Part shown: positions 8,540-17,789 of the stretch, piece after piece
How the letters are laid out: every line of letters starts with the position of its first letter
Numbering within the stretch: position 1 is the first letter of the stretch
Assembly: GCA_017442305.1 (NCBI GenBank)
Contig: JAFRZY010000004.1
Location: forward strand, 24,590 to 88,589
Source: Bacilli bacterium
GTDB lineage: Bacteria; Bacillota_I; Bacilli_A; RF39; UBA660
Reading direction: 5' to 3'
DNA length: 64,000 nt
The notes under the pieces: generated by a model
What the model was told of the DNA's origin: nothing
The model's database searches: none
Seen by the model: only the letters and a program-made list of their open reading frames with translations
Translations under genes and position numbers: made by a program

Positions 8540-9738
8540 TGAAAAAATTTAAAAATATTATACTAGTGTTATTGCTAATAGCAACAGCTGTTACCGGACC
8601 AATAAGTGTTAACGCTAAAGCAGCTGAAACACTAGGGGATTTAAGAAATGAACTTAAGGCTTTAGAAAAAGAAAAAAAAGATTATGAAAACAAAAAAAAC
8701 AGTACTAAAGCAGAAATAAATAATAAAAGCGAAGCCGTAAAACAAGCCAATGATGACATTATAAAGGCGGAAAATGATATAGAAGCAGCAAAAATAAAAA
8801 TTGCGGAATCGCAAGAAGAAATAACCAAAATATCCGCTGAAACAGAAGAACTACTGCGTTTTATGCAAGTGATGAATGGCGAAAATGCATATTTAGAATA
8901 TATAACTGGTGCATCTAGCATGACCGAAATGATTCAACGTTTAAAAGCGGTTGATCAAATTACTACTTATAATAGAGAACAATTAGATAATTTGAAAGAT
9001 TTGATTAAAAAGAACGAACAACTACAAGTTGATTTAGCAGCTAAACAAGTTGAATTAGAAAGTAAAATTGTTGAATACGAAAAACGTATTAGCAGTTTGG
9101 GAAAAGACCTTAGTGAGTTAGCAGAAATATCAGAAGATATAGATGATCAAATAAAAAATCAAAAAGCATTAATAAGATCGTATGAAGATATGGGCTGTAA
9201 AGAAGACCAAAAACTTTCAGCTTGTGTAGATATTGCTAAGAATGCAGGCTGGTTAAAACCTTTAGTTAAAGGGCGAGTTACGAGTCTTTGGGGTTATAGA
9301 ATTCACCCTACAAAAGGTACTTATAAATTTCATAACGGAATAGATTTGGGTATAGGCGAAGGAACTAAAATTTATTCTGCAGCATCTGGAACGGTAGCAG
9401 CTATTACAAAAAAATCTAGTTGTGGTGGAAATAAAGTTTATGTTCATTCCTATGTTAACGGCAAAGCATATACTCACTACTATTTCCATTTATTAGATAT
9501 TAAAGTAAAGGTTGGAGATAAAGTATCTACTGATACTATAATTGGTACAGTAGGTGGTGGTAAAAGTACTCAATCATATGATAAGTGTACAACTGGTGCT
9601 CACCTACACTTTGGAATTGCTAAAGGATTCTATTTAGGCGGTGGCAAAGAAGGATATTCTTCTTATAGCAAATTTACTTCTAATAGCATTAACCCCCCTG
9701 GATTCCCTGGTAAAGGTGTATGGTTTTATTCAAGATAA
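8539..9738 (+). CDS. secreted coiled-coil M23 peptidoglycan metalloendopeptidase (EnvC/PcsB-like FtsEX partner)
   Basis: Signal peptide, then about 200 aa of coiled coil, then a C-terminal M23 domain with HNGIDLG (HxxxD) and GAHLHF (HxH). The start overlaps the ftsX stop. Confidence 0.8.
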   Translation: MKKFKNIILVLLLIATAVTGPISVNAKAAETLGDLRNELKALEKEKKDYENKKNSTKAEINNKSEAVKQANDDIIKAENDIEAAKIKIAESQEEITKISAETEELLRFMQVMNGENAYLEYITGASSMTEMIQRLKAVDQITTYNREQLDNLKDLIKKNEQLQVDLAAKQVELESKIVEYEKRISSLGKDLSELAEISEDIDDQIKNQKALIRSYEDMGCKEDQKLSACVDIAKNAGWLKPLVKGRVTSLWGYRIHPTKGTYKFHNGIDLGIGEGTKIYSAASGTVAAITKKSSCGGNKVYVHSYVNGKAYTHYYFHLLDIKVKVGDKVSTDTIIGTVGGGKSTQSYDKCTTGAHLHFGIAKGFYLGGGKEGYSSYSKFTSNSINPPGFPGKGVWFYSR

Positions 9739-9740
9739 AA

Positions 9741-9766
9741 AGCAACAAAAATGTTGCTTTTTTTGT
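9741..9766 (+). terminator. rho-independent terminator after the ftsEX-M23 operon
   Basis: Hairpin AGCAACA-aaaa-TGTTGCT followed by a T-run. Confidence 0.75.
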
Positions 9767-9836
9767 TAACTATATTGGTAAAAAATATACCACATTTTAT
9801 TATTTGTGATAAAATGTTTAAGAAGGAGGCAAGCTT

Positions 9837-10757
9837 ATGACATTTACAACTAAAATTAAAGAAGAAATAACCCAGAATAGTATTAATTCTTTAGAAGCAA
9901 GATGTGAGCTTGCGGCTCTACTTAGATATAATAGTAAAATAACGAAAAATATTTCTATAACTTTAGAAAATGCTGCGGTAGCAAGAAGGATATACAAAAA
10001 CATTAAAGAATTATTTAAAATAAATCCTAAAGTCGTTGTTCGTAATCAAAAAAGGTTTAGAATAAAACAGATTTATATATTAGAAATAAATGAAAAAATA
10101 AATTATATCTTAGAAGCCTTAGATATAACGAGTAACGGTCATAAGATTATGCCTAACGAGAATAGCTTGGTTTCGCAAGAAGAGAAAATATCATTTTTAC
10201 AGGGTACTTTTTTAGCCTGTGGAAGTATTAGTGATCCTGCAACTAGTGGTTATCATTTAGAGTTCGTATTTAATTATAAACAAGATGCGGAATTTATTTT
10301 GAAATTGTTAAAAGGATTAAAGTTATCCGCAAAATCAACTATTAGAAATAATAAGCAAATGGTTTATATAAAATCATCAGAAGATATTAGTGATATAATT
10401 AAAATGTTTAAAGCAACTAATTCTTTATTCTACTTTGAAGATATTCGAATTTATCGCGATCACAAAAACATGGTTAATCGTCTTAACAATTGTGAAATAG
10501 CTAATCAAGAAAAGACACTAAATACAGGAATGAAACAAATAGATGATATAATTTATTTGAAGGAAAATGATATATTTATGTTACTTGATGAAAAGACGCA
10601 AATAGTTGCAAATTTTAGAGAAAAATATCCAGAATCTTCATATCAAGAATTGGCAGATATTATATCTTTAGAAACAGATTATAAAATAGGAAAATCAGGA
10701 ATTAATCATCATTTTATTAAAATGAAAAATTTAGTAATTAAGCATAAAGAAAAATAA
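9837..10757 (+). CDS. whiA: DNA-binding protein WhiA
   Basis: N-terminus TKIKEEI...RCELAALLR, a degenerate LAGLIDADG-type middle domain and a C-terminal HTH. RBS GAAGGAGG. Confidence 0.9.
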   Translation: MTFTTKIKEEITQNSINSLEARCELAALLRYNSKITKNISITLENAAVARRIYKNIKELFKINPKVVVRNQKRFRIKQIYILEINEKINYILEALDITSNGHKIMPNENSLVSQEEKISFLQGTFLACGSISDPATSGYHLEFVFNYKQDAEFILKLLKGLKLSAKSTIRNNKQMVYIKSSEDISDIIKMFKATNSLFYFEDIRIYRDHKNMVNRLNNCEIANQEKTLNTGMKQIDDIIYLKENDIFMLLDEKTQIVANFREKYPESSYQELADIISLETDYKIGKSGINHHFIKMKNLVIKHKEK

Positions 10758-10815
10758 AACTTTAAAAAATGAAATATTTATGTTAATATACTCTCTACAA
10801 AAAGGGAGTTTTTTT

Positions 10816-11526
10816 ATGAGAAAATTATGTAATCCATATAATTTAAGTGGTAAAAAGTTAGAATTAATAACAAAGTTTTGGAAAGAATATGGTAGATACT
10901 ATGATGCTGATGTACGTTATAATTTTCGACATCATTTATTAAGTGCTTTTCGTGAAGACGATTTACCTCTTTTATATTTATCTATTTATTCTTATTTAGA
11001 AATAATTCCTAATAGAAAGGATGTTTATAAGTGGTTTTTGAATTATTTGAAGAACACTCATAAGGATTTCTTGGAACACGATATATTAGAAGTTGGATGT
11101 GGCAGTGTACCTGCATTAACCAAACATATCGCTACAAATATGTTGGAACTTGGTAGTAAAGGAACAATAAAGGGAATAGATGAGAACTTAATAGTTAGTG
11201 AAATTTTTGGGGCAGAGCTGCAAAAAGAAAGTTTTGCTTATAATACCGATATTTCTTCCGCTGATACAATTATTGGCTACGCTCCTTGTGAAGCAACTCC
11301 TATCGCATTAAGAAAAGCCTGTAGAGAGAAAAAAGAATTATCAATAGCTGTTTGTGAGTGTCTTCATTCTGATGGGAGTTTTTTTACTACTAATTATGAT
11401 AAACTATTAAATCACTACTATAGATTAGTAAAAAGAGAAATGAGTAGCGATTTTATATTCGATATAAATCAAGTACCTAAAGAATATAATATGGAATTTC
11501 CGATATTGACTTTAAAAAGAAAATAA
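10816..11526 (+). CDS. hypothetical protein, possible class I SAM-methyltransferase-like fold
   Basis: ILEVGCGSVPAL resembles MTase motif I, and the later IKGIDENL and TIIGYAPC strands fit the fold. There is no firm family match. The ATG at 10816 follows AAAGGGAG. Confidence 0.35.
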   Translation: MRKLCNPYNLSGKKLELITKFWKEYGRYYDADVRYNFRHHLLSAFREDDLPLLYLSIYSYLEIIPNRKDVYKWFLNYLKNTHKDFLEHDILEVGCGSVPALTKHIATNMLELGSKGTIKGIDENLIVSEIFGAELQKESFAYNTDISSADTIIGYAPCEATPIALRKACREKKELSIAVCECLHSDGSFFTTNYDKLLNHYYRLVKREMSSDFIFDINQVPKEYNMEFPILTLKRK

Positions 11527-11535
11527 AAAATATGG

Positions 11536-12105
11536 CTAAATGATTTCGTCAATTAAGCCATATTTTTTTGCTTCTTCAGGGGACATATAATTGTCTCGCT
11601 CGGTATCTTTCATAATTTTTTTAATTGGTTGTTTAGTTTTTTCTGCTAATAAATTATTTAACTTATTTTTTAACTTTATAATTCTTTCGGCAGCAATTTT
11701 AATATCACTAGCCTGTCCTTCCGCCCCACCTAAGGGTTGATGTATCATTATTTCGGCATTTGGTAAACTTAATCTTTTTCCCTTTTTTCCGCTAGCGAGT
11801 AAAAAAGCAGCCATACTCGCAGCCATCCCCAGGCAAATGGTTCTTACATCACTTTTTACATAGTTCATAGTATCATAAATTGCCATACCACTTGTAATAG
11901 AACCTCCTGGACTATTTATATATAGATAAATATCATCATGATTTAAACTATCCAGATATAGTAACTCACTTACAATTATATTGGCTGAAGCATCATTTAT
12001 TTCTCCGGTACAAAACACAATTCGATCTTTTAATAGTCTAGAATATAAATCATAAGCATATTCTCTATTAACACTTTTTTCAATAATTGTAGGAACAATA
12101 TTCAT
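11536..12105 (-). CDS. clpP: ATP-dependent Clp protease proteolytic subunit ClpP
   Basis: Catalytic Ser context [11 protein letters not shown], His context MIHQPLGG and a C-terminal [18 protein letters not shown]. The ATG at 12105 follows AGGTGA. Confidence 0.95.
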   Translation of the reverse strand: MNIVPTIIEKSVNREYAYDLYSRLLKDRIVFCTGEINDASANIIVSELLYLDSLNHDDIYLYINSPGGSITSGMAIYDTMNYVKSDVRTICLGMAASMAAFLLASGKKGKRLSLPNAEIMIHQPLGGAEGQASDIKIAAERIIKLKNKLNNLLAEKTKQPIKKIMKDTERDNYMSPEEAKKYGLIDEII

Positions 12106-12213
12106 AATAATCACCTATAATTATAATAGAGAATTTTGCCAATAATTATACAAAAAAATATATGACAAAGTTCGAATATGTGATATAATTTTTAAAGATA
12201 AAGGGGTAATATA

Positions 12214-13854
12214 ATGGAAAGAATAACTATAACGTTCGATGATGGAACTAAAAAAGAGTATCCCAATGGTATTACTTATTACGAAGTTAGTAAAGATTAT
12301 AAACTTTCTAATGAGATTTTAGGTGTTAAAGTAAATAATGAAATAATGCCGCTTACATCAAAAATTACCAAAGATACAAAAGTTGATTTTTTTGATTTCA
12401 ACGATTTAGCGGGTTATAAGATGTATCAAGCAGGCTTGAAATTTATTTTTGAAGTAGCGTTAAAAACATATAATAAGAATTTAGATGTTACCTATTTACA
12501 TAGTGTTCCTAAAGGTATTTTAGCGGAAATTACAGGAGATTATAATATTACGAAAGAAGACCTTGGTAAAATTAAAGGTATTATGGCCAATTTGATTACT
12601 GAGGATAATCGTTTTTATAAGTTTAATGTTTTAAAAAAAGAGGCATATCATTATTATGAAAATATAGGCGAAGTAAATAAAGCTAAAAATATACAGAGTA
12701 TAACTTCAGAAATAGTTACTTTATATAAATTAAAAGATTATATTAATTATTTTTATGTTGAATTACCATATAGTACAAAAGCAATTTCAAAATTTGATGT
12801 AATTTATCTTGGCAATAATCGCGTAGTATTTTTGTTCCCAAGTAAGAGAACAAACGGAAATGTTCCCGAATATGTTCATTATCCGAATATAATTGATTCC
12901 TTCCTTAAAGGAAAGCAATGGCTAGAAAAAATGCATATGAATTTTTTACCAAATCTAAATGATGCAATAGCAACAAATAAAATTAAAGAATTTATAGATG
13001 CTAATGAGCTATTGTTTAATGAATCGATTGCCGATGTTGCTGAAGAAATTTATGAACATCCAGACAAAAGAATAGTTTTAATAGCGGGACCTTCATCATC
13101 AGGAAAAACCACAACAACTAAACGGTTATCATCTTATTTAAAGATGAAAGGATTAGATCCTATTTGTATTTCTGTTGATGACTATTTTGTAGATCGTGAA
13201 AAATCGCCTAAAGATGAGTTTGGAAATTATGACTGGGAATGTTTAATGGCAATAGACCTTGATTACTTTAATAAACAATTAATGCAATTATTAAACGGTG
13301 AAGCTGTTAGTACTCCAGAATTTAATTTTATAACTGGAAAAAGAGAAAAAACTAATAAATTTATAAAATTAAAGGAAAATAGTATAATACTAATAGAAGG
13401 ACTACATTGTTTAAATGATGATATGACTCCAGGAATAGATTCAAAATACAAATACAAAATATATTTAAGTCCATTTATTCCTTTAAATGTTGATAGACAT
13501 AATTATATATCAACTGTAGACTTAAGGATGATAAGAAGAATTATAAGAGATAATAGAACTCGTGGACACGGAGTAGATAAAACAATTGAAAGTTGGCAAA
13601 GTGTTAGAAACGGCGAAGAAAAGTATATATTTCCATATATTCATCAAGCTGATGTAATAATTAATACAGCATTAGCGTATGAACTAGGTGTTCTAAAAGA
13701 ATATATATTACCGCTTTTACATTCGGTTAAAGTTGATGAAAAACATTATGAAGAAGCAAGAAGACTTATTTATTTCTTAGATAAATTTTATCCAATACCA
13801 GGGGAATATGTAAGTAAAGAATCAATATTAAGAGAGTTTATAGGAGGAGAATAA
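12214..13854 (+). CDS. uridine kinase/phosphoribulokinase-family P-loop kinase with N-terminal TGS/ThrRS-like domains
   Basis: P-loop IAGPSSSGKTTT and a C-terminal PRK/uridine-kinase-like region (RRIIRDNRTRG). The N-terminal 250 aa resemble the ThrRS N-terminal TGS plus second additional domain. Confidence 0.65.
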   Translation: MERITITFDDGTKKEYPNGITYYEVSKDYKLSNEILGVKVNNEIMPLTSKITKDTKVDFFDFNDLAGYKMYQAGLKFIFEVALKTYNKNLDVTYLHSVPKGILAEITGDYNITKEDLGKIKGIMANLITEDNRFYKFNVLKKEAYHYYENIGEVNKAKNIQSITSEIVTLYKLKDYINYFYVELPYSTKAISKFDVIYLGNNRVVFLFPSKRTNGNVPEYVHYPNIIDSFLKGKQWLEKMHMNFLPNLNDAIATNKIKEFIDANELLFNESIADVAEEIYEHPDKRIVLIAGPSSSGKTTTTKRLSSYLKMKGLDPICISVDDYFVDREKSPKDEFGNYDWECLMAIDLDYFNKQLMQLLNGEAVSTPEFNFITGKREKTNKFIKLKENSIILIEGLHCLNDDMTPGIDSKYKYKIYLSPFIPLNVDRHNYISTVDLRMIRRIIRDNRTRGHGVDKTIESWQSVRNGEEKYIFPYIHQADVIINTALAYELGVLKEYILPLLHSVKVDEKHYEEARRLIYFLDKFYPIPGEYVSKESILREFIGGE

Positions 13855-13855
13855 A

Positions 13856-14860
13856 ATGATAAAAGTAGCAATTAATGGTTTTGGAAGAATAGGAAGATTA
13901 GCATTTAGAGAGATGATTACAACAACTGATTTTGATGTTGTAGCAATTAATGATTTAACAAGTGCGGAAGATTTAGCATATTTAGTTAAATACGATACAA
14001 ATCATCGTGCGTTTCATGAAGATGCAATTAGTTTTGAAAATGATGAAATAATAATAAATGGTAAAAAAAGAATTAAAGTTTATAGTGAGAAGGATCCAGT
14101 AAATTTACCATGGAAAGAATTAGAAGTTGATTTGGTTTTAGAATGTACAGGTTTATTTACTAATGTGGATGCTGCCCATAAACATATAGAAGCAGGTGCT
14201 AAAAAAGTTTTAATTAGTGCTCCAGCTAAAGGAGATTGCAAAACTATTGTTTATAATGTAAACGATAATATATTAGATGGTACTGAAACAGTTGTATCAG
14301 CAGCAAGTTGTACTACAAATTGTTTAGCTCCTGTATTAAAAGTAATTAACGATAATATAGGAATTGAAAAAGGTTTTATGGCAACTGTACATGCATATAC
14401 TAATGATCAAGCTACACTTGATATTGCCCACAAAAAAGGCATTAAAGCACGTCGTGGTAGAGCTTGCGCTCAAAATATAGTGCCAGCTTCAACTGGCGCA
14501 GCAGCTGCTATAGGGTTGGTAATTCCTGAACTTTTAAATAAATTAGATGGTAATGCTTATCGTGTACCAGTAAGTGATGGTTCGCTAATTGATGTTGTTT
14601 TAGAAATAAAGAGAAATACAACAGTTGAAGAAGTTAATAATTTGTTTGTAAACAATCAAAATGAAACATTAAAAATTACTTTTGATCCTATTGTATCAAG
14701 TGATGTTTTAGGTAAAAGAGTAGGTGCTACGGTTGATGGTTTAACTACCAATGTTTTAGAAGTTGGCGGAAAACAACTTTTAAAAGTAGTAGCTTGGTAT
14801 GATAATGAGATGGGATATACATCTCAAATGCTTAGAACAGCTAAAAGAATGTTTAAATAA
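13856..14860 (+). CDS. gap: type I glyceraldehyde-3-phosphate dehydrogenase
   Basis: NGFGRIGR NAD-binding motif, active site SCTTNCLAP and WYDNEMGY. Confidence 0.97.
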   Translation: MIKVAINGFGRIGRLAFREMITTTDFDVVAINDLTSAEDLAYLVKYDTNHRAFHEDAISFENDEIIINGKKRIKVYSEKDPVNLPWKELEVDLVLECTGLFTNVDAAHKHIEAGAKKVLISAPAKGDCKTIVYNVNDNILDGTETVVSAASCTTNCLAPVLKVINDNIGIEKGFMATVHAYTNDQATLDIAHKKGIKARRGRACAQNIVPASTGAAAAIGLVIPELLNKLDGNAYRVPVSDGSLIDVVLEIKRNTTVEEVNNLFVNNQNETLKITFDPIVSSDVLGKRVGATVDGLTTNVLEVGGKQLLKVVAWYDNEMGYTSQMLRTAKRMFK

Positions 14861-14881
14861 GAAACTCCAAGTTTCTTTTTT
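14860..14881 (+). terminator. weak hairpin plus T-run between gap and pgk (possible partial terminator)
   Basis: AGAAAC-tccaa-GTTTCT followed by TTTTT. The stem is short and AT-rich. Confidence 0.35.
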
Positions 14882-14900
14882 GAGTTAAGAAGGTGATAAT

Positions 14901-16109
14901 ATGGATAAAGTACATAATATAAATATAAAAAATAAAACAGTAATTTTACGATGTGATTTTAATGTGCCAATAGAGAATGGTCAAATACTTGATGATTCAA
15001 AGATAGTTAAAAGTTTAAAAACTATTGATTATTTACAAGATAGCAATTGCAAAATTATTTTAATGAGTCACTTAGGTAGAGTAAAAAAAGAAGAAGATAT
15101 TATAAAACACACTTTAAAGCCAGTTGCTGATTATTTATCTAAAATATACAAAGAAAAATTCTCATTTATAGATAATTGTCGTAGTTCAGAATTGACTTTA
15201 AAAGCAAAGAATCTAAATCCTAAAGATATCTTACTTCTTGAAAATACGAGACATCAAGATTTTCCAGAAAAATTAGAAAGTGGAAATAATAAAGAATTGG
15301 CTGAATATTGGGCATCATTAGGAGATGTTTTTTGCCTAGATGCATTTGGTTCAGCTCATCGCGCTCACGCATCAACAGCAGGAATAGCTAAATTTATACC
15401 TAGTTGCATAGGATTTCTTATTGAAGAAGAATTAGAAAATTTAAAGTTGTTAACACACAATCCTGAACACCCATTCACTGTAATTATGGGAGGAGCAAAA
15501 GTTGATGATAAAATTGCCTTAATGCGTTCATTACTTCCTATGTGTGATTATTTGTTAGTAACTGGTGGAATTGCTAACACCTTCTTAAAAGTATTAGGAT
15601 TCAACGTTGGCTCTTCATTGGCTAGTAACGATTCAATCATTTTAAATGAAGTAAAATCGTTGTTATTAGAGTATAAAAATAAAATTATTTTACCTATAGA
15701 TGTTATTGTTACTAACAATTACGATAAGTTCTATATTAGAACATCTTCTGTTAATAACTTGGATGTTAATGATATTATTTATGATGTAGGGGTTAAAACA
15801 CTAGAAAAGTTTGCTTTAGCTATAAATAAAAGTAAAATAATTTTTGTTAATGGCACATGTGGCTTATATGAAGATGTAAGATTTAGTAATGGTACTAAAG
15901 AATGTTTTAAACTATTAGCTAACAGTGGAGCAAAAATAATAGTAGGTGGCGGAGATAGTGTAAGTGCTGTTAAAAAGTTTGGATATCAAAATAAATTCCA
16001 TTATTTATCAAGTGGTGGTGGAGCAACTCTAGATTATATAGTTGATGGTAAATTAGATGCTTTAGTAGAACTGGAAAGGGGTATGGAAATTGAAACTCTT
16101 GATGTGTAA
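14901..16109 (+). CDS. pgk: phosphoglycerate kinase
   Basis: RCDFNVP, LMSHLGR, AFGSAHRAH and GGGDS motifs; 402 aa. Confidence 0.97.
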   Translation: MDKVHNINIKNKTVILRCDFNVPIENGQILDDSKIVKSLKTIDYLQDSNCKIILMSHLGRVKKEEDIIKHTLKPVADYLSKIYKEKFSFIDNCRSSELTLKAKNLNPKDILLLENTRHQDFPEKLESGNNKELAEYWASLGDVFCLDAFGSAHRAHASTAGIAKFIPSCIGFLIEEELENLKLLTHNPEHPFTVIMGGAKVDDKIALMRSLLPMCDYLLVTGGIANTFLKVLGFNVGSSLASNDSIILNEVKSLLLEYKNKIILPIDVIVTNNYDKFYIRTSSVNNLDVNDIIYDVGVKTLEKFALAINKSKIIFVNGTCGLYEDVRFSNGTKECFKLLANSGAKIIVGGGDSVSAVKKFGYQNKFHYLSSGGGATLDYIVDGKLDALVELERGMEIETLDV

Positions 16110-16812
16110 TTTAAAATCCAATAAAACTTTAGAGGAGTTTAAAACATATCTAAACGAATTATCGAATCTAGATAATTTGGATATATTAACATTATTTCCT
16201 TCAAGTTTGTATCTTAGTGTTATGAGTGATTATAATATTAATTTTGGTTCTCAAGACATTTCTGTATATACTGATGGTAGTTCAACTGGTGAAGTTACTG
16301 CCAAACAGGTAAAATCCACTAATGCGCAATATACGATAATAGGACACAGTGAAAGAAGAAATAAATTTTCAGAAGATGAATTATTACTACTAAAAAAAAT
16401 TAGAATTGCTTTAAACGAAAAATTGAAAGTTGTTTATTGTATAGGAGAAACAAAAGAAGAGAAATTACGTAAAAAAACTTACCAAGTATTGGAAAAACAA
16501 ATTGCCAAAATATTTAATTCGCTTAGTGATGAAGAAATGGATCAAATTATTATAGCGTATGAGCCAGTTTGGGCAATAGGCGGAGGTAATCCAGCCAGCA
16601 AAAAAGGTATTGCAGAAATATCAGAATTTATTAAAAAAATAATTTTAGATTATTATGATAAAGATATAAAAGTGTTATATGGCGGAAGTGTAAATAGCGG
16701 AATAATAGCCGACTTTGATAAAATCAAAACCATAGATGGTTACTTAGTCGGTTCTGCTTCTTTAAAAACTGAAGAGGTTGCAAAAATGTTACAAATAATT
16801 AGCAACAAATAA
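16090..16812 (+). CDS. tpiA: triose-phosphate isomerase
   Basis: CNLK (the GNWK equivalent), IIGHSERR, AYEPVWAIG(G) and YGGSV. I prefer the TTG start at 16090 (RBS GGAAAGGGG 9 nt upstream), which keeps beta-strand 1. The alternative is ATG 16102. Confidence 0.9.
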   Translation: MKLLMCNLKSNKTLEEFKTYLNELSNLDNLDILTLFPSSLYLSVMSDYNINFGSQDISVYTDGSSTGEVTAKQVKSTNAQYTIIGHSERRNKFSEDELLLLKKIRIALNEKLKVVYCIGETKEEKLRKKTYQVLEKQIAKIFNSLSDEEMDQIIIAYEPVWAIGGGNPASKKGIAEISEFIKKIILDYYDKDIKVLYGGSVNSGIIADFDKIKTIDGYLVGSASLKTEEVAKMLQIISNK

Positions 16813-16856
16813 ATAATTCGACATTATTTGCTAATGGTTGACAAAACTTTACTAAA

Positions 16857-16893
16857 CAAGACAATATATTTTCTAGTATTTTGTCTTGTTTTT
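16857..16893 (+). terminator. terminator-like hairpin after tpiA
   Basis: CAAGACAA...TTGTCTTG stem with inner ATA/TAT pairs, followed by TTTTT. Confidence 0.5.
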
Positions 16894-16950
16894 ATATATA
16901 ATGAATTTGCGTGCAGTAAAAGAATAATTATTTTTAAAGGAGAAAATATA

Positions 16951-17721
16951 ATGAAAAACAGTATTAATATACTTGTTGTGGATGATAATCCATCTGTAGT
17001 AAGTAGTATTAAGAAGTACTTTAGCAGTCACGCAGTAATCAATGTAGTAAATACCATTGATAATGGTAAAGAAGCTTTAGAACATATAACTTCTAAAGAA
17101 ATAAACTATGATTTAATTATAATGGATATACTGATGCCCGAAGTGGATGGTATTGAAATATTATCAGAAATGAAAAATCATAATATAAATAGTAAAGTTA
17201 TAGTGCTTACTAGTTATAAAAAAGATTACACTGTAAAACTTACAAACAATTATGGCGTTAGCTATTATATGTTGAAACCTTTTAGTTTAGCGTCTTTAGA
17301 AAAAAGAATATTAGAAATTTGCAACGAAGATTCCCTGGTAACAGATGAAAGTAATAATGTGGTTGAAATTGCAATTAGTAAGTTATTGCATTCACTAGGA
17401 ATTCCCTCGCATATTAAAGGGTATCAATACATTAGAGAAAGCATTTATTTAATGTATCAAAATCCTAATTTAATTAGTGGAATAACTAAGGAAATATATC
17501 CTGAAATAGCGATGAAATTTGATACAACTGCCTCTAGAGTTGAAAGGGCAATAAGGCATGCGATTGAAGTTTCTTGGAATAGAGGAGACTATGAGTTAAT
17601 GGAAGAAATATTTGGTCATAGTGTAGATTATGATCGAGCAAAACCAACAAACTCAGAATTTATTGCAACACTAGCTGATAAACTCCGTATAGACAAAAAT
17701 TATATAAAAGTAAATGCATGA
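16951..17721 (+). CDS. spo0A: sporulation master response regulator Spo0A
   Basis: The receiver domain has DD, the phospho-acceptor D in IIMDILMP, T in VLTS and K in MLKPF. The Spo0A-specific C-terminal domain has HIKGYQYIRESI and TTASRVERAIRHAIEVSWNRG...KPTNSEFIA. The ATG at 16951 follows AAAGGAG. Confidence 0.95.
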   Translation: MKNSINILVVDDNPSVVSSIKKYFSSHAVINVVNTIDNGKEALEHITSKEINYDLIIMDILMPEVDGIEILSEMKNHNINSKVIVLTSYKKDYTVKLTNNYGVSYYMLKPFSLASLEKRILEICNEDSLVTDESNNVVEIAISKLLHSLGIPSHIKGYQYIRESIYLMYQNPNLISGITKEIYPEIAMKFDTTASRVERAIRHAIEVSWNRGDYELMEEIFGHSVDYDRAKPTNSEFIATLADKLRIDKNYIKVNA

Positions 17722-17725
17722 TTTT

Positions 17726-17754
17726 AAAATTACAGTAAATTGTAATTTTTTTTT
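17726..17754 (+). terminator. rho-independent terminator after spo0A
   Basis: AAAATTACA-gtaaat-TGTAATTTT followed by a T-run. Confidence 0.7.
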
Positions 17755-17789
17755 AACTATGTTATTATTTATTAGTAAAGGTGATACTT

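Noticed and set aside
16817-16823. Perfect Spo0A-box heptamer (TTCGACA, the reverse complement of TGTCGAA) just after tpiA and upstream of spo0A
   Set aside because: A single 7-mer can occur by chance in 64 kb. It also lies upstream of the tpiA terminator hairpin rather than next to a convincing spo0A promoter. I noted it but do not call it.
16897-16908. Sigma-H-like -10 element (AATGAATTT) and TATAAT upstream of spo0A
   Set aside because: No matching -35 (AGGA-type or TTGACA-type) lies at appropriate spacing, so it cannot be supported from sequence alone.
16828-16950. N-terminal extension of the Spo0A ORF (TTG start at 16828)
   Set aside because: The extension spans the tpiA terminator hairpin and promoter-like AT-rich DNA. 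A canonical AAAGGAG-N7-ATG at 16951 gives the normal receiver-domain N-terminus.
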